Of a stretch of 64,000 nt of DNA, positions 50,011 through 58,675 are shown piece after piece. The notes below the pieces were generated by a model. That model was not told where the DNA came from. It saw only the letters and a program-made list of their open reading frames with translations, and made no database searches. A program made the position numbers and the translations under genes. The stretch comes from Candidatus Woesearchaeota archaeon (GTDB lineage: Archaea; Nanobdellota; Nanobdellia; Woesearchaeales; ARS49). Position 1 is the first letter of the stretch, and every line of letters begins with the position of its first letter. Where the stretch lies: the NCBI GenBank assembly GCA_030750765.1, contig JASMHM010000002.1, forward strand, positions 21,772 through 85,771, in the 5' to 3' direction.

Positions 50011-50880
50011 CTAAACAATCAATAGCACGCCCACAATGATGAGAAGTATAGATAAGGACTTTTGTAGGAGTGCTTGCTTGGAGAGCTTTTCTTGGACGAT
50101 GGAAGGGTGGTACTTGCTTATTGCAGTGACCGCAACAAACACGAACATGGGCTCGGCTGCAGGAATGCTGCTCACCAAGGATACAGGTCCTTGCTCAAGC
50201 GCTACCGCAAAGAACATCCAGCCGATGGCTGCTACGGAATTGTTCACAAACAAGTGTTCAACTCCTTTCTTTGCTTTTTTCTTAAGATGAGGATGGTGCA
50301 GCAGGAGAAGTATAAGGGCTACGATGCCAGACCCCACGCCCACCCAGAACAATAGGTTCCAAACGCTCGTTCCAAGAGTTAGGCTTTTCATGAGGGTGTT
50401 GCGAACCGCCCAGAATAGGGTGGCAAGCACGGCCAACATCAACCCTCCGCTGATGAACTTGTGTTTTCCTTTTTCTACAGAAATAAGCACACCTCCCAAC
50501 ACGAGTAATCCGATACCTGCGTAGGTGGTGGTAGCAAATCGCTCTCCTAACCAAAAGAACGCTATCAAGGTAACGTATAAGGGCATAGTAGCAACTAACG
50601 GAATGATCCTGCTGATCTCTGCCTTTTGCACAGCAAAATAGTACAACAACACACCTATACATCCTAGCATGCCCACAAAGATAGGTAGTAACACAGGTCC
50701 TTGTGTGGATATGGTTCCTTGGTATAACGAAGCGATAGTGTACACGCCAAACACGCTGGCACCAAAGGCAAAGCCGGCAAGTATGGGATCTCGCATTTCG
50801 TGGCGCATCACGAACTTGTCAAGAATGGCGACAACGCTCCAGATGAGTGTTGCGGTGAGTGCTAGCGTCAACCAAGCCAT
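50011..50880 (-). CDS. EamA/DMT family transporter
   Basis: Two 5-TM repeats, LGE and GPVSLV motifs. Confidence 0.88.
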   Translation of the reverse strand: MAWLTLALTATLIWSVVAILDKFVMRHEMRDPILAGFAFGASVFGVYTIASLYQGTISTQGPVLLPIFVGMLGCIGVLLYYFAVQKAEISRIIPLVATMPLYVTLIAFFWLGERFATTTYAGIGLLVLGGVLISVEKGKHKFISGGLMLAVLATLFWAVRNTLMKSLTLGTSVWNLLFWVGVGSGIVALILLLLHHPHLKKKAKKGVEHLFVNNSVAAIGWMFFAVALEQGPVSLVSSIPAAEPMFVFVAVTAISKYHPSIVQEKLSKQALLQKSLSILLIIVGVLLIV

Positions 50881-50972
50881 GAAAGAACCTGCTCCTACTT
50901 GTTTAATAATCTTTTGTTGTAATACATCCCTTTCTTAGTTCTTCATCTAAGGTATACTTTCCAAATAGCGTC

Positions 50973-51890
50973 TCAGCCATGACAGGGCATGCTGGTGGTT
51001 GTCATGCTTACTAACTTATAATTTTTACGCTTATTGGGTAAATACATAACTCCTCTCCAGAGCATATGCACACCGCTCACCAAGCAACCATGCTTTGGCT
51101 GTGCTAAGTCCTTGCCGAGCGAGATTAAATCTTTTCTCAACTCTTCCATGGATTGATATCTGTCTTTTGGGCGCAGAGCTGTACATTTTTCAATGATGTG
51201 TACGTACCGACTATCGTGCTGATCGTTCATGATTGGTAGTTTGAAGTCATGGTGTCTCTGTTTGTTTAGTACCTCTGAAACCGATCCGCCCTGGACAAGA
51301 GGGCCGCCAAAGCGTAGGTGGTACATCGTCATACCAAGATTGTAAATGTCTGAGGTAGGGGCCAGAATCCATCCGTGTGATTGTTCTGGAGACATGTATT
51401 GTGGCGTACCATGAATAGGATCTCCCTTGAACGAACGGGTTTGTTTGTCGATGGGAATGGCAAGACCTAAGTCTGAAAGTGCGTACAAATGTTTGTCAAC
51501 CAAAACGTTGGCAGGTTTGATGTCACGATGGAGGATTCCGCTCTTATGGAGCTCGCCACATCCTTCGGCTATGTCCTGGGAGAGTCTAACCACCTCATCT
51601 AGTTTGAACGAAGAACTATCTGCTGAATTATTCCATAACTCCATAACCATGAATGGCTGTCCGTTCCATTCGCCTGAGTCGTACGCATGCACCAAATTAG
51701 AGTGATCAAAGGATGTGCTTAACGTGACTTCCTCTAGAAACTTTGGCCTAAGATTGTCGAATGTTTCGGGCAGTCTTTTGATCGCGCAATTGACTCCATT
51801 GAATTTGTCATAGGCCACAAACGTGACTCCCATGCCTCCTTGACCGATCTTTTCTATTACCTCATACCGGTCTTTTACCGTCTCCCTCAT
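50973..51890 (-). CDS. Hanks-type Ser/Thr protein kinase
   Basis: GQGGMG, AIK, HRDIKPAN, DLG, GTPQYMSPEQ, DIYNLG. Confidence 0.93.
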   Translation of the reverse strand: MRETVKDRYEVIEKIGQGGMGVTFVAYDKFNGVNCAIKRLPETFDNLRPKFLEEVTLSTSFDHSNLVHAYDSGEWNGQPFMVMELWNNSADSSSFKLDEVVRLSQDIAEGCGELHKSGILHRDIKPANVLVDKHLYALSDLGLAIPIDKQTRSFKGDPIHGTPQYMSPEQSHGWILAPTSDIYNLGMTMYHLRFGGPLVQGGSVSEVLNKQRHHDFKLPIMNDQHDSRYVHIIEKCTALRPKDRYQSMEELRKDLISLGKDLAQPKHGCLVSGVHMLWRGVMYLPNKRKNYKLVSMTTTSMPCHG

Positions 51891-51984
51891 CACATCTTCA
51901 GTAGGTGTTCGCTTAAAAGGGTGCAGTGCTTGTCAGATCCCGAAACGCTTAAATAGCTCCACACAGCCCCAAGCATGGGGACAC

Positions 51985-52368
51985 ATGAAGAAAAGATACC
52001 TGCTGTTATTGTTGTTGGTCGCGTGCGGTCAGCTCTTGGAAAATTTAGAGCCAGCAGAGGTAGGAGAACTGTACTACAACGCTATAGGACAGCGCCAGTA
52101 CACAACCTCGTACGCATTGCTATCTTCGGACTATAAAGCAGCAAACGAACATGCCAAGACCATGGCAAAATTCACAGAAGAGGCAGAAAGTCTTCTCAAA
52201 ACAGAAGGCTCCTTGCGCGTGATGGGTGTGCAGGAGCTAACAAACGATGGTGTTGATGCAATCATAGACGTTCGCATACGGAGACAGTGGAAGAGCACAC
52301 AAGCCGTCACCGTACACTTGCATCGTGAAGGAAAAATGTGGCTAATCACTAACGTTAGAGCGCGGTAA
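51985..52368 (+). CDS. Lipoprotein with NTF2-like domain
   Basis: LVAC lipobox; YY.A....Y..AY.LLS; V.L.REG..W.I. Confidence 0.7.
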   Translation: MKKRYLLLLLLVACGQLLENLEPAEVGELYYNAIGQRQYTTSYALLSSDYKAANEHAKTMAKFTEEAESLLKTEGSLRVMGVQELTNDGVDAIIDVRIRRQWKSTQAVTVHLHREGKMWLITNVRAR

Positions 52369-52399
52369 TTATATATACCTCGATGTCTATGACTCTTTC

Positions 52400-52804
52400 A
52401 TGGCTATAAACTACGTTGCTGTGCTGGTAAGCGCTGTAGCAAGTATGGCCGTAGGTTTTGTTTGGTACTCGCCAGGCGTGTTCGGAAAGTAGTGGATGCG
52501 TTTGACGGGTTTGAGCAAGAAAGACATGGAGAAGGGAAAGGCAGACATGCCACAAAAAATGATTGTCGGTCTTATCGCCCAACTCATCATGGTCTACGTC
52601 CTTACGCTGCTGATCGCTGCTACGGGCACAGTCGGAGCAAAGGCCGGAGCAAAATTGGCTGCCTTGGTATGGTTAGGCTTTGTAGCAACCATACTCTTAG
52701 GAAACGTGCTTTGGGAAGGAAAACCATCAAAGTTATGGATTCTCAACAGCGCACAATGGCTAGTCGCTCTTGCTGTCATGGGTGCCATCCTCGCCGCCTG
52801 GTGA
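52400..52804 (+). pseudogene. DUF1761 membrane protein with in-frame TAG at codon 31
   Basis: MAINYVAVLVSAVASMAVGFVWYSPGVFGK-TAG(52490-52492)-WMRLTGL...; family motif WYSP..FGKxW spans the stop. Confidence 0.85.
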
Positions 52805-52915
52805 TTCAATCACTAAAGCGCCGACGTACCCGCACGCCTTACATTGGTACTTGCCAAACTGTCCGCCCATGTACAATGTAATGTCAAAAGACTTGCACAC
52901 AGGGCATTGAAGCAT
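52760..52915 (-). CDS. 51-aa zinc-ribbon microprotein (absent from the ORF track)
   Basis: MLQCPVCKSFDITLYMGGQFGKYQCKACGYVGALVIE... Confidence 0.8.
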   Translation of the reverse strand: MLQCPVCKSFDITLYMGGQFGKYQCKACGYVGALVIESPGGEDGTHDSKSD

Positions 52916-52966
52916 TAATGTTACAAAAATAGTAAAGTATTTATAGGTTTTCTCTCTAGCAACGTC

Positions 52967-53308
52967 ATGAAGCGCGTGCGGGTAGACAAAGTATTTTCTC
53001 CTTTAGAGCATGATGTTTTACAAATCCTTTGGAGGCAAAAAAGTCTACGCGTGAGACAGATCTTTGACCAGCTAAAAAAGAAAAGAAAAGTAGCCCTATC
53101 CTCGGTAGCAGTCATTCTTGATAGATTACACTCCAAAAAGATCGTCACACGTACGATAGAAAAAGCTAGAGGTGGCGTAAGATATGTCTACAGCGTGGCA
53201 GAAGAAAAATCACAGTTCGAACAACAGCAGATAAGCAACGTGGTTGATCAGTTGGTCAAAAAGTTCGGCAACACCGCCGTCGCGTACTTCCAGGAGCGAT
53301 TCAAATGA
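52967..53308 (+). CDS. BlaI/MecI/CopY family transcriptional regulator
   Basis: SPLEHDVLQILW..RVRQI..ALSSVAVILDRL..K..Y.YS..LV.KFG. Confidence 0.88.
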   Translation: MKRVRVDKVFSPLEHDVLQILWRQKSLRVRQIFDQLKKKRKVALSSVAVILDRLHSKKIVTRTIEKARGGVRYVYSVAEEKSQFEQQQISNVVDQLVKKFGNTAVAYFQERFK

Positions 53309-53961
53309 TGGAGACAGCAATGTTAGTGGCAAGCATCTTAGCAGCTTTGTTGTTCTTTTGGTTGTGGAAGCGAACACGAAGCGTGTGGCTAGCGTATGCA
53401 CACCTAAGCATGCTCACTTTTACCGGCTTTATTCTTTCCTTACAATCCTACTGCGCCTGGAGCGGAAACGCCTTAGGCATGTGCACTTGGCTCGTGAGCA
53501 AAATCTTAGGGTATGGCGTGCCCATCGCTGTAGTACTCGCCTTTGTTGTAGGATGGTTGATCCTTCCCTTAATGTACAAAAAAAGATTTGCAGATCTTGG
53601 CTTCACACACAAACTGCTCAAGCTAGTACCTGGAGCGCGTCTATGGATCGTTGACACGGCAAAACCGTATGCATTCGCACTCAAAAAAGATGTCTTCATA
53701 ACCGTAGGAATGTTTGACATTCTTACCATGAAAGAACAAGAAGCAGTGTTGTTACACGAGTTAGGTCACGTACGACAAAAGACTAGCTTACGAAAGTTCA
53801 CCACCGCCATCATGAGATTGGTCAGTCCTATCAGTGCGTTCTACACTCATAAAGTTCTAAATTCAGAGGAAAAAGATGCGGATGCGTACGCTGCAAGAAT
53901 GCAAAAAACCAACAAACACGTGCTGAGCGCAAGAGCAAAGCTCCAAGTTTATAAGGTATGA
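53305..53961 (+). CDS. M56/M48 membrane metallopeptidase (BlaR1-like protease domain)
   Basis: TM helices, PYAFA, EQEAVLLHELGH, EKDADAYA; ATGA coupling to BlaI. Confidence 0.85.
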   Translation: MMETAMLVASILAALLFFWLWKRTRSVWLAYAHLSMLTFTGFILSLQSYCAWSGNALGMCTWLVSKILGYGVPIAVVLAFVVGWLILPLMYKKRFADLGFTHKLLKLVPGARLWIVDTAKPYAFALKKDVFITVGMFDILTMKEQEAVLLHELGHVRQKTSLRKFTTAIMRLVSPISAFYTHKVLNSEEKDADAYAARMQKTNKHVLSARAKLQVYKV

Positions 53962-53976
53962 AATCGCGTTTGGGTA

Positions 53977-54654
53977 ATGGGCCACTTAATCGTGTATGAT
54001 CATGACGGAGTACTTGTCAACCCGTGGAGTAGAAACTTTGAATTTCTCAAAGACCAGTGTAAGAGGCACAAGAAGAAGATGGCCTTCACCACGCAACAAC
54101 AGTACGAGCGGACCCTGAGTGCAGAAGGAATCACTTATTTGTACACGGCGTGCGGCTTTGAGAGGAGTGACATGCAACGCATCTGGAACGCATGGTTGCA
54201 GTACCACACTTCTGCCCCTGTACACGTGTTTAAGGACATGCACGCATTGCTTAATGATCCCAATACTGCGCACGCGATCGTGTCAGGCAATGCAGACACC
54301 ATACTACACTACCAACTCAAGCAGTTCAATTTAGATAGAGACACTGTAGACGGCTTCAATGGGCACACTCCTGAACAACTACCCGTATACGCAGGATTTA
54401 GCAACGGAGCATTCATTCGCAAGGAAGAAGCCTTTGACCTGCTTATGGAATCAGGTGACACTATGGCGTATGTGACAGACGCGGTCAAGGATTGCGATTG
54501 TGTAAGAGCATACAATAAGGACAAAGGAACAAACATCATACTAGTTGGAGTTGGGTGGGGACTGGACGACCCAATGGACATGTGGGGTCATGGGGCTGAT
54601 TACATAGCCAAAGACATACACGAACTCACAAACGCAGTCAATGACCTAAGATAA
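53977..54654 (+). CDS. HAD-family hydrolase
   Basis: YDHDGVL, IVSGN, K, YVTD..KD, VGWG. Confidence 0.8.
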   Translation: MGHLIVYDHDGVLVNPWSRNFEFLKDQCKRHKKKMAFTTQQQYERTLSAEGITYLYTACGFERSDMQRIWNAWLQYHTSAPVHVFKDMHALLNDPNTAHAIVSGNADTILHYQLKQFNLDRDTVDGFNGHTPEQLPVYAGFSNGAFIRKEEAFDLLMESGDTMAYVTDAVKDCDCVRAYNKDKGTNIILVGVGWGLDDPMDMWGHGADYIAKDIHELTNAVNDLR

Positions 54655-54795
54655 ATGTGTGACTCCCTTCCCGTCCTAAAGGACTGGGCTTCCAGCAAAA
54701 ATATTGCTGGATGGTTTCCGCTTCATAGACCGACTTGCCCCGAAGGGTAGAGGTCCAGTCTCCACAGGCGTGAATTCGGGCAAGTCCTGCCCTAC
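54639..54795 (-). ncRNA. TnpB-type right-end (re/omega) RNA scaffold plus about 20-nt flanking guide
   Basis: GTAGGGCAGGACTTGCCCGAATTCACGCCTGTGGAGA...GAAGC..GAAGCCC..TCAC, resembling IS605/IS1341 tnpB 3' ends as I recall them; several hairpins including cUUCGg. Confidence 0.65.
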
Positions 54796-55072
54796 TACTT
54801 ACTCATTACGAAATATTTTTTGGGAACAATTTCAGCCTTCTGGTTTGTCCTAGTTTTTTGCCATTGTATTCTTCAGTTCTTACCTCACATCTCCCATCAC
54901 CTCTTCACATCTGTAGAATTTACATCCTAATAAGCGCTACGCGTCCATGTCCAGTGTCCAGTGGTCATCGACGAGAAAAAACCGGAAATTTTCCGGGAAT
55001 CTCCTTCATCCCCTGCCTACAGACACACACGCTCTCTACGCTCGCGCGTTATGGGATTTCTGGCGGAAAATC
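54659..55072 (-). mobile_element. Non-autonomous IS200/IS605-family mini-element (no tnpA/tnpB)
   Basis: Minus strand: TTTAA target motif, left end GATTTTCCGCCAG-AAAT-CCC...TAGGCAGGGGATGAA; right end GAAG-CCCAGTCCTTTAGGACGGG-AAGGGAG-TCAC. No target duplication, no ORF. Confidence 0.75.
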
Positions 55073-55100
55073 TTAAATAACTCATCTCTTTCAAAGCGGT

Positions 55101-56741
55101 ATGAACATCCGTAAATGGGTCCTGCACAACGCACTACAATTTGATGGCAAAGCTAGTGCTGGCGCGGTCATAGGCAAGGTTGTTCAGGAAGATGCCCAAG
55201 CAAAGAAAGATATGAAGAAGTTAGCCATGCAAGTGCAAGGTATCATCAAGGAAGTCAATCTTTTATCAGTAGTAGAACAAAAGAAAGAGTTAGAAAAACT
55301 AGCGCCAGAATTACTAGAAGAAAAGCCAAAAGAAAAACAAGATCTAAAACCACTACCTAATGCAGAGGGCAAGATAGTCTTCCGAATAGCGCCCGAACCG
55401 AGCAAGTACCTTCATGTGGGTCACGCGTTAATTTTCATGATCCAAAACCTGTACGCAAAAAAGCACAACGGCACGCTCAACCTGCGCATAGAAGATACCA
55501 ACCCTGAGAAGAGCGAAGAAGAGTTCCTTAACGCCATGAAAGAAGACCTGGAATGGTTGGGATTGCGTTTTGACAAGGAAATAGTGGTAAGTGATCACTT
55601 AGAGATATTTTACACTTACGCAGAAAAGCTCATCAAGACAGGAGGGGCGTACGTGTGTAGTTGCAGCCAAGAAGACATCAAAACCTTACGCATGCAAAAA
55701 CGAGCCTGTCCTTGCCGGCAAAACAACAGCATGGACGAGTGGAAGAAGATGTTAGACGGTTCTTACAAAGACGGAGAACGCATACTACGCTTGGTGGGGG
55801 ACATGCAAAGCAACAATGGGGTGCTACGAGACCCCATCATTTTTCGGCTGAGCAGCACTCCTCACTACAAACAAGGCGACAAGTTCAGAGTGTGGCCAAC
55901 CTACGACTTTGAGAACGCGATAGCCGACTCTCACTGGAAGACCACCCACGTCATCAGAAGCAAAGAGTTTGAGCTACGAGAACCCTTACAAGAGATCATA
56001 CGCGAACGTCTAGGGTTGAAAGGACCCACTACCTTAGAAATTGGCAGATTCCGCATTAGCGGAGCAGAAACGCAAGGTAGGGTTATCCGAGCAATGATAG
56101 ATAAGAAGGAAGTGACCGGCTGGGACGATCCACGATTGGTAACTGTGAAGGCTATTCGCAGAAGAGGATTTGTGAAGGAAATGATACAAGAGTTAGCGTT
56201 AGTTGTGGGATTAGGCAAAGCAGGAGGTGCGATTGACATTAAGACATTAGAGGGTATCAACCGCAAGATAGTAGATCCTATAGCACCTCGCTTCTTTTTC
56301 ATCAGCGAACCCACACTCATCACTATTGAAAATGCTCCAGAAAAAAGCGTGGAGTTAGACCTGCATCCTGACGCTAAGAAGGGCGGGAGGAGAATGCAGA
56401 CCACGAACGCGTTCATGGTGGAAAAGAAAGATCTGGAACGCCTTGAGGATGGTCAAGAATATCGATTGATGGATTGTTTAAACTTTAAGAAGGAAGGGAC
56501 AAAATTTGTATTTACCTCAGAAACCAACAAGGAGTTCACCGGCAAGCAACGCATTCACTGGCTGCCAGCAAGAGAGAATGACAAGGCAAGTGTGATGATG
56601 CCTGACGCAAAAATAGTGCATGGCCTTGTAGAGAAAGGAGTCAGCAGTCTGAAAGAGGGAGACATTCTACAGTTCGAACGTTTTGGATTCTGTCGCCTGG
56701 ACAGCAAGAATGAACTACAATTTAGGTATACACACACTTAG
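55101..56741 (+). CDS. gltX: Glutamyl-tRNA synthetase (archaeal type)
   Basis: RIAPEPSKYLHVGH, RIEDTNP, CSC..C.CR, WPTYDF, WDDPRL, QFERFGFCR. Confidence 0.95.
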   Translation: MNIRKWVLHNALQFDGKASAGAVIGKVVQEDAQAKKDMKKLAMQVQGIIKEVNLLSVVEQKKELEKLAPELLEEKPKEKQDLKPLPNAEGKIVFRIAPEPSKYLHVGHALIFMIQNLYAKKHNGTLNLRIEDTNPEKSEEEFLNAMKEDLEWLGLRFDKEIVVSDHLEIFYTYAEKLIKTGGAYVCSCSQEDIKTLRMQKRACPCRQNNSMDEWKKMLDGSYKDGERILRLVGDMQSNNGVLRDPIIFRLSSTPHYKQGDKFRVWPTYDFENAIADSHWKTTHVIRSKEFELREPLQEIIRERLGLKGPTTLEIGRFRISGAETQGRVIRAMIDKKEVTGWDDPRLVTVKAIRRRGFVKEMIQELALVVGLGKAGGAIDIKTLEGINRKIVDPIAPRFFFISEPTLITIENAPEKSVELDLHPDAKKGGRRMQTTNAFMVEKKDLERLEDGQEYRLMDCLNFKKEGTKFVFTSETNKEFTGKQRIHWLPARENDKASVMMPDAKIVHGLVEKGVSSLKEGDILQFERFGFCRLDSKNELQFRYTHT

Positions 56742-58675
56742 AGTAATTGCCGCACTCGAAGTTGTAGCGCGGGTTGGGATTGATTGTGCTCCAATACTTG
56801 TGCTTGCAATGTTGCGATCCTTTCATCCTTCGGCCCAAAAATGTCGCTATAGCTTTGTAGGGCCCCATAATGCTTGAGACGCGGCATCTCAACCTCACCT
56901 AGAATGACGTCTTGCTTGGTTCCTTCGACTGCAACTGCCGTCTTCATAAAGTCACCCTGCGCTTTGAACTGATAGCTGTGGCTCTCCTTAGGGTTGCTAG
57001 GGTCAACCGCGGTAATCTGCATGGAATGTCCGTCCTTCAGGGCTTGTTCCATTATCAGTCTTGAACCTGGCTCCCACACATCATCAATTGTGTCGTACCC
57101 ATAGTTTCCTCGATCTATGCTTACTATTTGGAGTTCAACACGATATGCGTTCTCTTTGTACTTTCCTATGGATCTTGCCTCTGTAATGTTACAATCGTAC
57201 TGGTGATTGTGCTGTTGGACAACTTCTAAAGTAGATAGAAGCTCTTCCTTGGTGAGGCCTATAAGCTCGCGTCCTTCTGTTTGGTCCTTCACATCCCAGC
57301 CCATGGTGACGCTTCCCTCCCAGTGCTTGCGCAGGTATCCTAGGAAGGGTTTTAGATTCTTTCCTTGTCCTGCTACAAAGCGCACTCGGTACAAACACGG
57401 AGCTTCCCCATTTATGTCGGTGGAGGCGTGTACGTCTGCAAGGTGCTCGTTTGGCGTAAAGCTTGCCAAATCATCCAGTGTACTGGGTAACGACGCCCAG
57501 CTTTCCTCTCGTATGGCATGTCGATTTTGGATGCCCTTGCGGGTACGGTCATATAGTTCCTTTCTTGCATCCACATCTTCAACTGAGAAACTATTAGTCT
57601 TACCAATAACTCCCAATGCCGTGTGTTTGGATAACCACGAAGGTCCCACGTGCAAAACGTGCTCTGGCTTAGCATAGACATCTTGAGCGGTGATTACATC
57701 CTCAACATGGATGCGCAATGCTTTATCGTTTTTTTCCTGCCAGCTCTCCATCATGTCAAGCAAACCTTGCCATGCTTCAGATCCTGGTTTTCCTGGAAGC
57801 ATACTGAACGTGCAAGAAGAGAGCACTTCTGAGGGAGCTCTTTGCAGATACCTTCGCATGTGCAGGGTTTCAGTAGATTCCCAACCATGAGGTTTGACCA
57901 TCACACCTATGGCTCTTCCTTCTTGTTTCGCAGTGCGGTAAGCCTCTAGAGAGTCAGGATGGATTAGGTCTTCATCGGACTTGTCTGCTACTTTGGAAAC
58001 TAAATCTTTGATCTCTTGCACCATTTCCGGTTCAAAGTACAAACAATCCTCTCCCTTGATGGCGCGCTCAAGATGCTCCCAAGGAATTTTGCCTCTCACA
58101 TTCTCAGGCACTAGTTTTTGTGCTTCTACCAATTCTTGCAAGTCCTTAACACAACTACCCCCATAGAGTGCTGAGAATTCTAAAAAACTCACAGCCGTTT
58201 CGGGAATGTCTGCTATCGCTTCATGAACCCTTTGGACGGTATATAGGTGAGGGAGGTCTGCAATCGCTTCCAGCTGCCCGTGCATTGCAGTAAGATCGAT
58301 AGTCCCCCCTAGTTCTACATGCGTGGTTTGGAATTCGGGGCGAACATAACATCTTCCTTTTTCCTCTCTTGCTTTGTTTACTAGATTGGTTAATGATTTT
58401 GTTCCCTCAACCTCAACTCCGTACTCTTCGTCCATCTCTGCCTGTTTCGCGGCGGTATCGTCAACAATTTGGTGAGCAAAGGCATACACTTCGTCTACCT
58501 TGTCATTCAAGCGTTGGTCGATCTTTGGTGGGCGCTTTCGCAGGTGTATCTTACGTAAGAGCGCATCCAAACCATTTGGCCCGGCTATCTTGATGGAATT
58601 GGTCATCCTTTGTTCTACCACTTGCTGCCATCCAGGCATGCACAACAATGAGGCTTTCTCAATGAAATCCCTCAT
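56738..58675 (-). CDS. Large hypothetical protein (645 aa)
   Basis: Long ORF with ATGA coupling to the upstream gene; no recognised motif. Confidence 0.7.
   Translation of the reverse strand: MRDFIEKASLLCMPGWQQVVEQRMTNSIKIAGPNGLDALLRKIHLRKRPPKIDQRLNDKVDEVYAFAHQIVDDTAAKQAEMDEEYGVEVEGTKSLTNLVNKAREEKGRCYVRPEFQTTHVELGGTIDLTAMHGQLEAIADLPHLYTVQRVHEAIADIPETAVSFLEFSALYGGSCVKDLQELVEAQKLVPENVRGKIPWEHLERAIKGEDCLYFEPEMVQEIKDLVSKVADKSDEDLIHPDSLEAYRTAKQEGRAIGVMVKPHGWESTETLHMRRYLQRAPSEVLSSCTFSMLPGKPGSEAWQGLLDMMESWQEKNDKALRIHVEDVITAQDVYAKPEHVLHVGPSWLSKHTALGVIGKTNSFSVEDVDARKELYDRTRKGIQNRHAIREESWASLPSTLDDLASFTPNEHLADVHASTDINGEAPCLYRVRFVAGQGKNLKPFLGYLRKHWEGSVTMGWDVKDQTEGRELIGLTKEELLSTLEVVQQHNHQYDCNITEARSIGKYKENAYRVELQIVSIDRGNYGYDTIDDVWEPGSRLIMEQALKDGHSMQITAVDPSNPKESHSYQFKAQGDFMKTAVAVEGTKQDVILGEVEMPRLKHYGALQSYSDIFGPKDERIATLQAQVLEHNQSQPALQLRVRQLL

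Noticed and set aside
52490-52492. Genome-wide stop-codon reassignment (TAG or TAA)
   Set aside because: Conserved genes end at their normal C-termini with TAG (srp54, lysS, htpX), TAA (dnaK, rpl15e) and TGA (grpE), so the standard code applies.
54796-55000. Residual tnpB or tnpA coding sequence
   Set aside because: No RuvC, zinc-finger or HUH motif readable; stop codons interrupt the minus-strand frames read. The 72-aa + ORF at 54858 looks spurious.
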